In this document: positions 49,805-63,475 of the stretch, piece by piece | Position numbering within the stretch: position 1 is the stretch's first letter | Layout of the letters: each line of letters starts with the position of its first letter | Source: Octopus vulgaris | Lineage: Eukaryota | Length of the DNA: 64,000 nt | Direction of reading: 5' to 3' | NCBI GenBank assembly: GCA_951406725.2 | Contig: OX597815.1 | Coordinates: 1,798,001 to 1,862,000, forward strand | Made by a program: the position numbers and the translations under genes | Notes under the pieces: generated by a model | What the model was told of the DNA's origin: nothing | The model's input: only the letters and a program-made list of their open reading frames with translations | Database searches by the model: none

Positions 49805-50112
49805 ACAATTGTCTTAAGTACGAAATAGCCCACAAATGGAAACTGAAGAAGGTGAAGATAGTTCCGATTATTGTTGGTTCCTTGGGGACAATATCAAAAG
49901 GCATCTCGAGGAATCTAAAGGAAATCAGAAGAGAGTGTCCGACAGAACTGTTATAAAAGGTTTGCCTCCTTGGTACAGCCAGAATAATCAGGAAAGTATA
50001 TGATAATTGAAAAAACACAGATGCCATGGTACTGTCGGCTGAAGACAGCAAGTCCACTACGCATGCAAGAGTCCAGGAGTTAGAACAAAACCCGGGATAA
50101 AAAGAATAAATA
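49805..50112 (+). mobile_element. R4/Dong-like non-LTR retrotransposon 3' fragment
   Basis: KYEIAHKWKLKKVKIVPIIVGSLGTISKG...L*KVCLLGTARIIRKVYDN*; 3' UTR ends in an AAT-rich tail. Confidence 0.7.
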
Positions 50113-50452
50113 ATTATCATCATCGTTTAATGTCCGCTTTCCATGCGGGCATGGGTTGGATGGTTTGACTGGGGACTGGCAAGCCAGGAGGCTGCACCAG
50201 GCTCCAATCTGATCTGGTGAGGTTTCTACAGCTGGATGCCCTTCCTAACGCCAACCACTCTGAGAGTGTAGAGGGTGCTTTTTACAGCCACCGGCACAGG
50301 AGCTAGTTGGGGCGGGGAGGCTGGCATTGACCATGTTCAGATGGTGCTTTTTACGTGCCACTGGCATGGGGAATGTTAATGATGATAACAACAACAACAA
50401 CGACAATAATAACAATAATAATAACAATAATAATAATAATAATAATAATAAC

Positions 50453-50487
<35 letters not shown>

Positions 50488-50504
50488 TAATAATAATAAT
50501 AATA

Positions 50505-50635
50505 AGTATCAGCACCCAACTACCAGCATGGCTGAAAAAGATTGGTGCTGCATGTGTGGAGGTAGAACACCTACAAAAATCGGCATTGCTTGGAACTGCA
50601 AGAGTTCTTTGCAGGGTTCTTGAAGCATGACCAGT
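50505..50635 (+). mobile_element. R4/Dong-like extreme C-terminal fragment after (AAT)n
   Basis: EHLQKSALLGTARVLCRVLEA*. Confidence 0.65.
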
Positions 50636-50875
50636 AAACACACACACACACTCTATATAGATAATCTATACTTTTACTGGGTACCACATGCAATCCTACA
50701 GCAGGATATTTTCCAAGGCTGGGTACCCATGTGGAACTCTGCTACTGAATAGGATTATTCAAAGAATACAAAGATGGAATAGTAAATCCCAAACTCAGCA
50801 ACAGAAAGCTGGTGTCCAGTGCAGAAACAATTGTTGTGCTTTGCCATCAAAGCCTGATATTTCTATCTTTGTGTT

Positions 50876-50939
<64 letters not shown>

Positions 50940-52772
50940 CTGGAGGTGTTTTTACAGAATGATATCAGGACATTTTATGGTGGATTATAAGAGGTGGATG
51001 GCGGGGTGGGAATGGGAAGTACAATGGTGGAGAACCAGCAGAAAAGTGGTTAGAAGGTCAAAGTCTAATATTAAATGTGTTTCTAGAAGACCTACTGTAA
51101 CGATGTTTACTTTAATTATAAATAGTTGAATAAAAACATATCATCTACCCCCCCCACCCCACCCCACTGCCACCCTCATTCCACAAGTTCACACCTGGAG
51201 GGTATCCAGCTGTAAAAACATGTGCTCCAACAATTCATGAAAGTCTATCGGTGTCAGAAGCATTGAAATCAGGTTACCATGGTAAACAGATGTTAGAAAA
51301 CAAACAAATATAAAATGAAACTGGTTTTGTTTTACACAATGAACAATGAAAGCGAATATTTGGCAGCCATTGTAGCAGAGACAATATTTTTATCTTTTGT
51401 CCCAAATATTTGCTATCAGAATTCCACTTTTAATAAGAATTCTATATAAGTTCCAAACGAAATTTCCAAACTTATTTGCTGTTAATTGTATAGTGGTTGT
51501 GGTGGGGGTGGTCTTTGGCATATACACAGCATAGAGTATTCAGCAAAGTGTGTAATACCTAGGTACAGGTCTGAAGACTCTGATAGTTTTATCAGGGTTG
51601 GCCTGGCACTAAAAAACAACAGTCATCATCATCATCATCATCATCATTTAACGTCTGCTTTTCCATGCTTGCATGGGTCAGAGGGAATTTGTTGAGGCAG
51701 GTATACTATGGCCGGATGCTCTTCCCGTCACCAACCCTCACCTGTTTCCATGGCCAGACATGTTTTCACGGAAGACTGGAAATGAATGACACTGCTTGTA
51801 TGACAATGACACTTGATTACAACCATCAGACATTGTCAAGGCAAGGAGACAATAACACACAAACATAAACACGCATATATACATAATGGGGATTCTTTCA
51901 GTTTCTGTCTATTGACCCACAAGGAATTGGTTGGCCCAAGGTTGTTGTAGAAAACACTTTCCCAACGTACAGTACAGTGGGATAGAACCTGAAACCCTGT
52001 GGTTGGGAAGCAAACTTCGTAACTGTGCTTTGTTAAATGTAATCTGTTTAGTGTGTCATTCGACTTTCAGTGTTCTAGATTTTGACACCCAGTTTACATT
52101 ACGAGAAGGTTGTCCTAAAAACTCGTTACAATCTGGTCCTAATTTTTGAAGTGCTTAAGGAGTTTACTGACGAGCGATTTACTTTGTTATGACGGAATAA
52201 GCTGAGTGGAACTCCTTGTCTGGCTTCAGTAAAAGAGTGGCAGAAGGGAGTGGTGCCAGTTCCTCCACCATTATTGGCTGCTATGGATCTGCTCTAAAAC
52301 AAACAAAAACCCAACAGCATGACTGAAAAATAAATATTTCCTCGTTAAGCCGTTTCTCGTTTCCTCGTCAATGACTTAACATGTGGTAAGTGTCTTGCAG
52401 CAGTCAGTTATGGCTGACTTCTCGTTAAAATAACAAGATATTGCCTTTCCTTTCGCTATTGTTTGCAATAAACACAGCCAGAATTCATTCACATTACTGA
52501 CACATTTATTTATAGTAGATTCAACAATCTTGAATTACATTTCTTCTCATACAACCCAGCAGAAGACATGCTCTAGATTCACCTCAATATCTTGCCTTGG
52601 AGTCATTGCGAGAAATACTTACACTGAACTCATATGATACGCTTTTATAGTTCGGTGGAGATGTAAGGCCGACTAACTGAGATGTGGACTCAATGATGCC
52701 CTACTTTATCAAGTGCTCTCTACACCTAGATATATAAATATAGGTGTAGAGTCTATAAGCCAAGAGCCTATA

Positions 52773-52998
52773 CCTATTTCTTTACTAGCCACAAGAGGCT
52801 AAACACAGAGAGGACAAACAAGGACAGACAAAGGGATTAAGTCGATTATATCAACCCCACTGCGTAACTGGTACTTATTTAATCGACCCAGAAAAGATGA
52901 AAGGCTAAGTCGACCTCGGCAGAATTTGAACTCAGAACGTAGCGGCAGATGAAATACCACTCAGCATTTCACCCGGCGCGCTAACATTTCTGCCAGCC
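52773..52998 (-). mobile_element. SINE family B
   Basis: Matches 4728-4955. Confidence 0.85.
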
Positions 52999-53206
52999 CC
53001 TTACCAGTCAGTACCCATTATAAAATGGCTGACAGTAGGAGCAGTGAAAGTGTTGGGTTATGAAGCCCCCCCCCCCAGTCCAGTCTTACTAAGAGCTTCT
53101 CTAGTGTTTGTACCCCAAACATAAAAATGCACCCAGGATACTCTGTAAGGGGTGGGTGGGGGTTAGGGTTAGGAAGGGCATCCAGTTATAGAAACCAAGC
53201 CAAACG

Positions 53207-53460
53207 ATATGTAAGGGTAGAGTTTACGAAAAAAACAAAAGACGAAGACAGGTGGTGTAGAAAACAAACAGATGTATTAGTATAACGCTCAGGAATAGAA
53301 AAAGTCTTTTACGTTTCGAGCCTACGTTCTTCTACAGAAAGGGACACAGAAAAAACAAAGAGAGAAACAAGGAGAGAAAAAAATGTGTTTAGTGGCTAAC
53401 AATCTATCATGGCAACAGCCAGACAGAAGGGTCACACACAAGAGCGAAGAAGAAGGGTAC
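53207..53460 (-). mobile_element. Penelope-like pseudo-LTR fragment with minimal hammerhead-like motif (53304-53345)
   Basis: Minus strand cttt-CTGTAGA-agaacgtaggctc-GAAACGTA-aaag: stem I, variant core, stem II, palindromic ACGT stem III. Confidence 0.5.
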
Positions 53461-53649
53461 CTAGACTTTGAGAGAATCAGTTCCTGATGGGGAGTGACTC
53501 ACACTGATAAATTGTCTGACTCATGCTTGTAACAAAGGTGAATATATGGTGATGACTATCACACACATGCACATAAGTGTGCATACACATGGTGCACAAA
53601 TTGAATTTTCTCTCATGAGAAATAACAATCATCAAAGATTGAGAAGTAG

Positions 53650-54290
53650 CACAGGTATAAGTGTGTGATTAAGAAGTTTTTGCTGCAACCATAGGGTTCC
53701 AGTTTCAATCCCACAACAAGGCACCTTACACAGGTGGATTGTACTCCAGCTTTGGAATATTGAGGATAGCATGGACAGACAGAACGTGTGATGGAGAAGT
53801 GGTGGCCCTCGATGAGGTAAATAGGGAGAAACTGTTTCATCAGATAAGGGCCAAGCAACTGAGATTTCTCAGTGATGACCAGAAAGAGTGAAAAGAAAAG
53901 AAGCCGAGGAAGGAGAAGGATGCAAAGTTTGAGGAATTGGTTGGAAGAAAAGGGGCACCTTGGGCAAGTTTCTACTATTTGGCCTTGTGCTGACCAAAGC
54001 CTTGTGAGTAGATTTGGTAGAGGGAAACTGAAGGAAGCCCATTGTGTGTGTGTGTGTGTGTGTCTCTCTCTCTCCTCCTCCCCCTCCTCCACCACCATCA
54101 CCACCACTTGACAACTGGTGTTGGTTTGTTTACATCCCTGTCATTTAGCAGTTCAGTGAAAGTGACCAACAGAATAAGCTGAAGGCTTAAAAAGACAAAA
54201 TAAGTCGTGGGATTGATTTGTTTGACTAAACCTTTTCAAGTTGGTGCCCCAGCATGGCCGCAGCCTAATGTCTGAGAGAAGTAAAAATAG
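53650..54290 (+). mobile_element. SINE family A interrupted by an RTE C-terminal fragment (53728-53953)
   Basis: ggcacctt duplicated at 53720-53727 and 53954-53961; insert translates (with frameshifts) RIAWTDRT...IRAKQLRFL...KRSRGRRR, RTE-like. Confidence 0.65.
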
Positions 54291-54749
54291 AAATAAAAAA
54301 ATAAACAAAACATGACCAGAGTTCGGAGGGTCGGGATGCTGGATGTGGCCCTCAGAGCCGACTGGCAAAAGGGACAGACTTGTTGCAGTCTCACATCAGA
54401 GAAGAAGAATTGTCTTGGGTTTGAAGTGAAGGAGGAGAACAGGGGGCGAAATAGTGGTGTGTGTGTGTGTGTGTGATTGTATGTGTGTGTGAGTATGCAT
54501 GTACGTGCACGTGTGCATGTGTGTAAGTCTCTTTACATCAAAATACAACATGGTCATTCCCGAAATCAATATTACTAAAATACGCATTGACCTGAAATCA
54601 ATATTGGAATTAACCGATTGACTGAAGAACGGGAAACCAGTGACACAGCATGGCATCAATCCAAAGACCAAAATCAGTAAAAGAACAGCCGGAAGTGTTA
54701 CAGAATTAAACAACCTGGGATTGGCGGCAGAGGAATGTGTATGCATGTG

Positions 54750-54786
<37 letters not shown>

Positions 54787-55206
54787 ACACACACACACAC
54801 ACACATAACATTCTTTTATCTTTTGTTTCATTCATTAGACTGCGACCATGCTGGAGCACAACCTCGAAGAATTTTTAGCTGAATGAATCAATCACCTGGT
54901 ACTTATTCTACCAGTCTCTTTTGCTGAACTGCTAAGTTATGGGGAAGTAAATATTCCAACTCCAATTTCCAAGCGGTGGTGGGGGAGAAACAGACAAACC
55001 CATACACACACATTTACACATGACAAGTTTCTTGCAGTTTCCATCAGCCAAAACCACTCACAAGGCATTGGTCAGCCTGGGGCTGTAGCAGAAGACTCTT
55101 TTTCAAGTTGCCATGCAGTGAGACTGAACTGGGAACCTTCCAGTTGCGAAGTGAACTTCTTACCACACAGACGGCCAATGCCAGTGCCGTCTGACTGGCA
55201 CCCATA

Positions 55207-55430
55207 CCTATTGCCCACAAGGGGGCTACACACAGAGGGGACAAACAAGGACAAACGGATTAAGTCGATTACATCGACCCCAGTGCGTCACTGGTACTTA
55301 ATTTATCGACCCTGAAAGGATGCAAGGTAAAGTCGACCTCGGTGGAATTTGAACTCAGAACGCAGAGGCGGTCAAAATACCACAAAGCATTTCGCCTGGC
55401 GTGCTAACGATTCTGCCAGCTCGCCGCCTT
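55207..55430 (-). mobile_element. SINE family B
   Basis: Matches 4728-4955. Confidence 0.85.
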
Positions 55431-57317
55431 CCACTGGCACCCATACCAATGGCATGTAAAAGCACCCACTACACTCTCCGAGTGGTTAGGAAGGGCATCC
55501 AGCTGTAGAAACCTTGCCGAATCAGACTGGAGCCTGGTGCAGCTTCCCGTCTTGCCAGTTCTCCATCAAACCGTCCAACCCATGCCAGCATGGAAAGCGG
55601 ACGTTAAATGATGATGGTGATGATGATGATGTATGTGTGTATGGATTTATATATTTTAACTGTGTATGTAGTGATTACTTGTATAAAAGACGTTAAAATG
55701 AGCAACAACCTCGTTAAATTCGCAGAAGGCAGAGGCAGACGTGTCGTTAAATTACAATTTCTCTCTCCTCTCCATCCCTGAAGCTTTACGATAATTACTC
55801 TGAATCAGACAAATGTTTACTGTTCAAACTGGTAATCACGGCTTCTGCTAGCTTCACCCTCCTCCACATATCAAATTTAACTTCCATGCACAGTTTTTAC
55901 GATTCCATTTTATCTCTTATGCATTTGCATGACTAATTTTGGAAACTTTATCAATTCTAGTACGATAGGAATACGGGAAAATAAACAAACTGGCTGACTA
56001 CCAGCTCTGATTTTTAAAGACTTTCTAATACGCTGGTGGAGAGAAATTAGTGGCTGTATTTTTATATTTTTATTGATAACAAGTCAGAGAAGTTTGTTGA
56101 GAAACTGTTGAGGGGTTCGTCTAACAAAGACGGCCATAGAAAGAGAGAAGTGGTTTTTATTAGAGACTGTGGACGAAGAAAGGGAAGACCAAGTGGGATG
56201 CCAGGAGAGGGAAGAAATACCCGTCACACATACATACATACGTCTCTCGCTTTCTCTTTCACACACGCATATACTGAGGGAAATGGACAGTTATCTCTCT
56301 CTAAAATAAATCATCTAAAAGTGTGTCAAACAGTAGCCATGCTGGGGCAATCTGATGATGACATACATGATGACATCTGAACACCGGCACAAGTGCCAGT
56401 AATGATCATGCTTGAACGGTGCTTTTCACGTGCCACTCTTTTTACGTTGCCGCTCTGGCAACTATCACACTCGGATGGTGCTCTTAGTGCTCCACTAGCA
56501 TGGATGCTAGTCATCGAATTTGATTTCGATATGTGTCAATGAATTTTAAAAGCAACAGAAGAATTTGGTTAAATATTGGGAATTAGTTTGTTTGGAACCG
56601 GGCCTCAGTCACTATTGCTCAAAGCACTGATTTATTATCTCACCATTGTTTGTATCTTTTGCTAATATACACACATACGTATTCAAAGAGGTTTCAGCAC
56701 AGTTTCCATCTTAATTTCACACAAAAGGATTTATCAAAGTGAGACTTTGGCAGATAATCTTTGCCCAAAGTGCTGCAGGAATGATATCCAACATCCAAGA
56801 AGTTGCAAAGTAAATTTCTTTATTGCAACACTAAGATACGAAGTTTTTACATTAAAAAAAACCCCACAAAGTTTTACACCCAAGTAATTAATCACATTAA
56901 CAGATTGGTAATTGAGGGGGCTTTAACATTCCCATGATAAAACATTTTAATAAGAAATATCGCCGCCACCACCGCCAAGGCCACCACCACCAAAGATGGG
57001 TTACAGCAAATATCCTGTTTAACACCACAGATTTGCTTGTCAGTTGTGCATGTCTCTTAGTTGTGTGACGATATATGTATCTCTGATCATGATTCTGGGA
57101 CTCCTCAACCTGAAGAATAAAATTCTACCCGGGCCTCAGTTGCAAGGTCATGCACTGTTTATCTTGATATGAAGTCACCATATCATGCCCATATGGTTGT
57201 GATGCATGTGCCTGGTGTACTCTTAACAGACGGGTAGTCATGATGGGTATATTGGGCTTCATATACCCCAGTGTCACTTTGATGGCATGCAATGCTCTCT
57301 CAGATAACAACAACAAC

Positions 57318-57359
<42 letters not shown>

Positions 57360-57360
<1 letters not shown>

Positions 57361-58150
57361 GATGCAGCACTCAAGAACCAGCTCTGAGAACTAATTACAC
57401 CAAGTTCCAAATAGATAAGAATATCAGATTGCTCCGTTGTAGGATGTGTGGCAGTAGAACAAAACAATCTCAGATATTGTGAGTGAGTGTAGCAAACTGA
57501 CCCAAAAGCACTACAAAAGGAGGCATGATAACATGGCTGAGTTCATCTACTGGAGGCTATGTGGAAAGTATGACCTGAATTGAGCATGGAAATGGTATGA
57601 ATATGAACCAGAAGGAGTCACCAAGAATAAGGAAAATAAGATATTGTAGGATTTTACAATCCAATGTGACTCTCTAATTGATGCTTGGAGACCAGATATT
57701 GATGTGGTAGATAAAGAAAAAAAAGGAAACCAAGGTTATAGATATTGTAATACTTGGAGATGCACGCATAAGGGACAAAAAGAACTAGAAAAGATTGAAA
57801 AGTACAGACTACTAAAAGACGAAATCGCAAGAATGTGGACTATGAAGAGAGTGTCTGTCCTTCCAGTTGTTGTAGGGACACTTGGAGCACTAGGAACCAA
57901 GTTTGAGAAATATGTCACAGAAATAGGAATTGACATGAGAGGAGGGCAAGCACAAAACACTGCTCTGCTGGGGACAGCTAGGATGTTGAGATTGGGACTT
58001 GGATGTTGAATGTCTCTCATGATAATTATACACCAATTATCAAAGTTTAAAATTTTCCGAAAGAGACCCTGTGAGACCTTTGACAGCAGGCTGCTGTCTG
58101 CTCTCAGAGAATCTACCCGAGTAAACAAGGCCGAGCACTCTGAGAAGTAA
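57360..58150 (+). mobile_element. 5'-truncated R4/Dong-clade retrotransposon (CCHC knuckle plus restriction-like endonuclease), pseudogenised, in (TAA)n
   Basis: QEPALRTN...CRMCG...SECSKL..KHYKRRHD...RPDIDVVDK...EKIEKY...VLPVVVGTLG...ALLGTARMLR; stops and frameshifts; AAT repeats on both sides. Confidence 0.85.
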
Positions 58151-58189
58151 AACAATAATAACGACAATAATAAAATAAGACCTTAAAAT

Positions 58190-58592
58190 AATTGGTTAAA
58201 GGCAAAGACTGATAAAACTCAATGGGAGAGCAAACGCAGAATCTGTGGAAAAGGAAAGTGAATGCAGTAAGCTAGCACAAAAAGAGTATAGACATAGGCA
58301 TGACTATGTTGGTAAAAGAGTGAATTGGTATGTTAGCTAGATATGTGGTCTGAAACAGAGAATAACAATTAGAGGATTTTATGGGATTTTCCTCAAAAAG
58401 ACTGACCATATTATTGAAGCAAGACCAGATATGGTTATAAGGGACAAACTAACAGTGTAAGATCACAGAATGCAATAGCACATATGATAGAGTGGATACC
58501 AAGAAATTGAAAAAAAATTAAGAAATATCAGCCCTAGCTGGAGTGATGAAGAGATTGTGAGAAACCAAGGTGAGAATTGTTCCTGTGGTAAC
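58190..58592 (+). mobile_element. Second, more decayed R4/Dong fragment
   Basis: ECSKLAQKEYRHRHDYVG...WDF...DHIIEARPD...KVRIVPVV remnants. Confidence 0.7.
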
Positions 58593-58814
58593 TGTTTTAC
58601 TTAGCATTATATCTAAAGCTTTTGATGTGTGTAACACGATGAATAAAGTGTTGCCCTGATGATCTGTTGAGGTTCAGCATCCAATTGCATTTGGAATATC
58701 CAATGCAGATGTTGCAAAGAAGCACAATGGTGAAACAATGTACATAGTGAACAAATGCCATAAACTTGTAGTCACCGTAATTTCTCTCTCTCACATACAC
58801 ACAAACATATACAT

Positions 58815-59190
58815 ATGCCGGTGGCACGTAGCACCATCCGTTTGTGGCCGTTGCCAGCCAGGCCTGGCCTCTGTGCCGGTGGCACGTAAATGCACCATCC
58901 GTTTGTGGCTGTTGCCAGCCTCGCCTGGCCCCTGTGCCAGTGGCACGTAAAAAGCACCATCCGTCCATGGCCGTTTGCCAGCTCTGTCTGGCTCCTGTGC
59001 GGGTGGCACGTAAAAAGCACCCACTACACTCGCGGAGTGGTTGGCGTTAGGAAGGGCATCCAGCCGTAGAAACACTGCCAGATCAGACTGGGCCTGAGGC
59101 AACCTTCTGGCTTCACAGACCCCAGTTGAACCGTCCAACCCATGCTAGCATGGAAAACGGACGCTAAATGATGATGATAATGATGATGAT
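58815..59190 (+). mobile_element. RTE 3' UTR copy with 4 hairpin units
   Basis: Repeated gtgccggtggcacgta units. Confidence 0.85.
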
Positions 59191-59199
59191 ATATATACA

Positions 59200-59522
59200 G
59201 GAGCACTCCATCAGTTACGACAATGAGGGTCCCAGCTGATGCGATCAGCAGAACAGCCTGCTCATGAAATTAACGTGCAAGTGGCTGAGCACTCCACAGA
59301 CACGCGTACCCCTAACGTAATTCTCAGGGAGATTCAGCGTGACACAGAGTGTGACAAGGCCGACCCTTTGAAATACAGGTACAACTCCTTTTTGCCAGCT
59401 GAGTGGACTGGAATAAGATGAAATAAAGTGTCTTGCTCAAGGACTCAACACATCTCAGGGAATCGAATTCACGACCTTACAATCGTGAGCCGAATGCCCT
59501 AACCACTAAGCCACGTGCCTTC
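59200..59522 (-). mobile_element. tRNA-headed SINE (family D-like tail, E-like centre)
   Basis: Head aaggcacgtggcttagtggttagggcattcggctcacg...gaattcgattccc. Confidence 0.8.
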
Positions 59523-60096
59523 ACAATATACATATACAAAGACACACAGACACGTGTACCTGACCTTGCCTGGATTTATTAACAACAACATGGACGGCTT
59601 TCTTTTTGTCAGTGTTGAGGTCATCACAGTCTCAATCCTTGTTTGTGTTGACCTATTAATTAACTCCTCATCATCTGGTTGCTTCTACATCCTTTTCAAT
59701 TCAAAAAACACTGTTTCATGTCAAGGTCTCTAATACTGTCACAGACTTTCCATTGTAATCCCTCTGCCAGGCGGGAACCATCAACACCAAACCTCAGTCC
59801 CATTCTTTAATATCAAGAGAAGAGACAAATCGTAAAGCACCAAACTCCACAATCTGGTGAGGTACCTTCTCTATATCTGTTCAGAAGAGTAAAAATAGTA
59901 GTCAAATACTCCCTCAATACAATTCTCAATGTTGAATATTCAGTGAGCTGGCAGAGTTGTTAGCAAACTGGGCAACATTTTGTCTGTCTTTATGTTCTGG
60001 GTTCAAATTCTGCTGAGGTTGGCATTACTTTTCATGGGGGTCAATAAAATAAGTACCAGCTGAGTACTGAGGTTAATGTAATTTACCAGAAGAACA

Positions 60097-60135
<39 letters not shown>

Positions 60136-60459
60136 GACAGAGATAGGCAAGTAATTAGGTAGATGGACAACCTTACAGATAGGTAGATAGAGAAGCAAAC
60201 AGATAGATGGATATAAACACAGAGAGACAGACATGTTGATCAGTAGGAGAGACAGAGATAAAAGTATTAAATAACAAGTTTTAATTAACTTCCCAATTAG
60301 TTTACTCTTTTACTTGTTTCAGTCATTTGACTGCGGCCATGCTGGAGCACCGCCTTTAATTGAGCAAATCGACTCCTTTGATTCCTTTTTCACTCAAGCA
60401 GACTCTCTGAGACATTTTATTTCTTAAAAAATTCCAGTTATATTTTTATAATTAACAGC

Positions 60460-60735
60460 GCCACCTGACTGGTGTCCATGTCGGTGACACGTAAAAGCAC
60501 CAACCGATCGTGGCCGTTTGCCAGCCTCCTCTGGCCCCTGTGCCGGTGGCACGTAAAAAGCACCCACTACACTCACGGAGTGGTTGGCATTAGGAAGGGC
60601 ATCCAGCTGTAGAAACATTACCAGATCAGACTGGAACCTGGTGCAACCTCCTGGCTTCCCAAACCCCGGTTGAACCATCCAACCCATGCTAGCTTGGAAA
60701 ACGGACGTTAAATGATGATGATGATGATGATGATG
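60460..60735 (+). mobile_element. RTE 3' UTR copy
   Basis: Family core and tail. Confidence 0.85.
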
Positions 60736-61204
60736 AGCTTCTTTCAGTTTCCGTCTACCAGTTACAATGCTTCAGTCAGCCTGAGATTAGAGTAGAAGAT
60801 GCCATGCATTGGGACTGAACCTGGAACCACATGGTTGGGAAGCAAACTTTTAACCACACAGCCATGTCTCTCACACCGTTTGGAGCTAACAAGGTGAACA
60901 ATCTTGATGGTATTCCTGCAATCAGTCTTCAAAGAATGAACCTCTAAAGGTAGACAGTTGCCACAACAAACATTCTCCACCTTTCACACGTCTTTAATCA
61001 TTTACGAACAGGAATTTGTTTACAGAGAGCCAAGACAGGTCGTGCCAAACACAGGACGCCTCCATAAACAAAGTCAGTTGAAAATTGCTTTCAATGAACA
61101 CATGACAATCTCTTCAACTACAGTCACTACACACACACACACACGTCTGATGACAGTCACTATATACATACAAGTGACAGAAACACACCTATGCAAGATA
61201 CACT

Positions 61205-61246
<42 letters not shown>

Positions 61247-61545
61247 CATAACGAAATTAAATCTTCCTCACACTGTCCCTCTTTACTAGTGACCTGCACC
61301 ACAACTTGCAACTTGTAAAACCTCAACAATCTCTATATAAATGCTGTGACAAGTCACCCTAAACTCTGTGCAGACTTTCCATGGTGACTAGTGACACCAT
61401 ATTGAGATATTGTGCAGGAAGGACTAGAATTTCTGTTTTCAGATTCAGAAAATGACTGAAGCTGTGAACAGCTGTGAACTCTTTTGAAGAAACAAGACAA
61501 AACTCACATAGAAGTATTGGTCACAAACCTAAAGCAGAACAGCTG

Positions 61546-61579
<34 letters not shown>

Positions 61580-62144
61580 GCAGAAACTTTAGATCATAAA
61601 GTGATCTTCCAATTGATTTGAAAACCTCCCCTTTACTAACAAACTATTACTATTAACCCTAAAGATATGCTTTGCTCTTTCTCCTCTCTTTCTCTCTGTT
61701 ACATTAATACTACGAAGTGGTGCTGGTGCCGCATAAGAAGCACGGGTAATGGTGCCATTGAAAAGCACCAACTAAAATCAATAAAGTGGTTGGCATTAGG
61801 AATGGCATTGAGTGGTAGCGACCATGCCAAAACAGACAATGGAAGCTGGTGCAGTCCTCTGGCCTCAGCAGCTCCAGGGAAACCATCCGACCCATGCTAG
61901 GAGGGAAAACAATCAGTAAATGATTTTTTTCTAAATTCTTCATTATTTTTAAAATTAAGAGAAACAAAAGAAGTGTTTTTCGACAAAAAGATGGCAATGA
62001 AACGGTTAAGAAAGAAGAAGTCGTTTGCCCGATTCTTTGTTTCCAGAATCAAAAGAGGAAGCATCTTCCCAAACGTGCATTTGGTTGCAGACAGTAACTG
62101 CATTGACTGGCACTGGTTGTCCTTAAAGACCTGCGTGCACACAC

Positions 62145-62430
62145 ATCATCATCATCATCATCATTTAACGTCCGCTTTCCATGTTAGCATGGGTTGGACG
62201 ATTTTGACTGAGGGCTGGCGAACCAAACTCCAATCTTGATCTGGCAGAGTTTCTACAGCTGGATGCCCTTCCTAACGCCAACCACTCTGAGAGTGTAGTG
62301 GGTGCTTTTAAGTGTCACCGGCACGAGGGCCAGTTTGGTGGAACTAGAAACGGCCACACCCAAATGGTGCTTTTTATGTGCCACCTGCACAGGAGCCAGT
62401 CCAGTGGCACCGGTGACGACCTCGCTCGAA
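62145..62430 (-). mobile_element. RTE 3' UTR copy
   Basis: Family core and tail. Confidence 0.85.
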
Positions 62431-62702
62431 TCCACACACACACAAACAAAAAACAAAACAAACTCGAAGCTATCAGTCAATGCTGTTTCCATATGTAAAG
62501 AGGCACCCGGGTAGCAGCAGACAGTCGGAATTTCTTGCTCTTAATTTGCCACTGGATGTCTGACCCTACCTCAAGTACTGATCGTATCATTTTCATTTGC
62601 CATCATTTCTACAGCACTTCAAGCACTTGCTCACTGGAGATTGGTGCCAATCTAACTTTGCAAATATAACGACTGCACATGTACTTGAAGTCATTTCTTC
62701 CT

Positions 62703-62770
62703 TGCCAGCCTGCCTGCCTGCCAGCCTGCCTGCCAGCCAGCCTGCCTGCCAGCCTGCCTGCCTGCCTGCC
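62703..62770. repeat. (GCCT/GCCA)n tetranucleotide repeat
   Basis: Directly visible. Confidence 0.9.
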
Positions 62771-63257
62771 AGGGTATCTGATATTCAACTATCTTCTTCT
62801 AGATTTAATGGCTGTCATGTTTATTCAGTGTTGAATAAATGGCTATGACCAACAGAGAAATAACTAAATAAAAAGAGACAAAAACAGTGCAAAATTTTAT
62901 AAAGTTCTTGAAAAACAGAAACGTCCATGTGTAACTACTTCAGTACATGAGAGGCAATAAATCTCAGGTATTAGCTTTGATAAATATATTTTGACACTCT
63001 ACCTTAAGTATTGAGTTCTCTTGGTTTTTCCTTCTGTTATTCTTTTACACCAAAGACATTATATTCAAACTGCTTACGTCTGTTATTAGCAAGGTACAGG
63101 AAAAAGAAAAAAAAAAGGCAGGCATCGTAGCTTTTACAGGCTTTCTGATGAGGGTGACGTCAGTGAACAGTCATTTGGACTTGTTGCAAACTGACAATAG
63201 CAAGAAAGATGTGAGCAATGGCGGGGGTTTCCAAAGAACTAATGTTTATGAGATTCG

Positions 63258-63475
63258 AGCGAGGTCATTGCCGGTACCGCCTGACTGGCCCCGTGCCGGT
63301 GGCACGTAAAAGCACACACTACACTCTCGGAGTCGTTGGTGTTAGGGAGGGCATCCAGCTGTAGAAACACTGCCAGATCAGATTGGATCCTGGCGCAGCC
63401 ACCTGGTTCGCCAGTCCTCAGTCAATCGTTCAACCCATGCCAGCATGGAAAACAGACGTTAAACGATGATGATGA
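63258..63475 (+). mobile_element. RTE 3' UTR copy
   Basis: Family core and tail. Confidence 0.85.

Noticed and set aside
53148-53173. Telomeric TTAGGG / G-quadruplex
   Set aside because: Only 1-2 units inside a decayed RTE tail; G-runs like this (also 31214-31250) are common low-complexity sequence here
59570-59885. Possible decayed RT fragment on the minus strand
   Set aside because: Only vague resemblance (DIEKVP..ALR..EW) with many stops; needs a tBLASTx search
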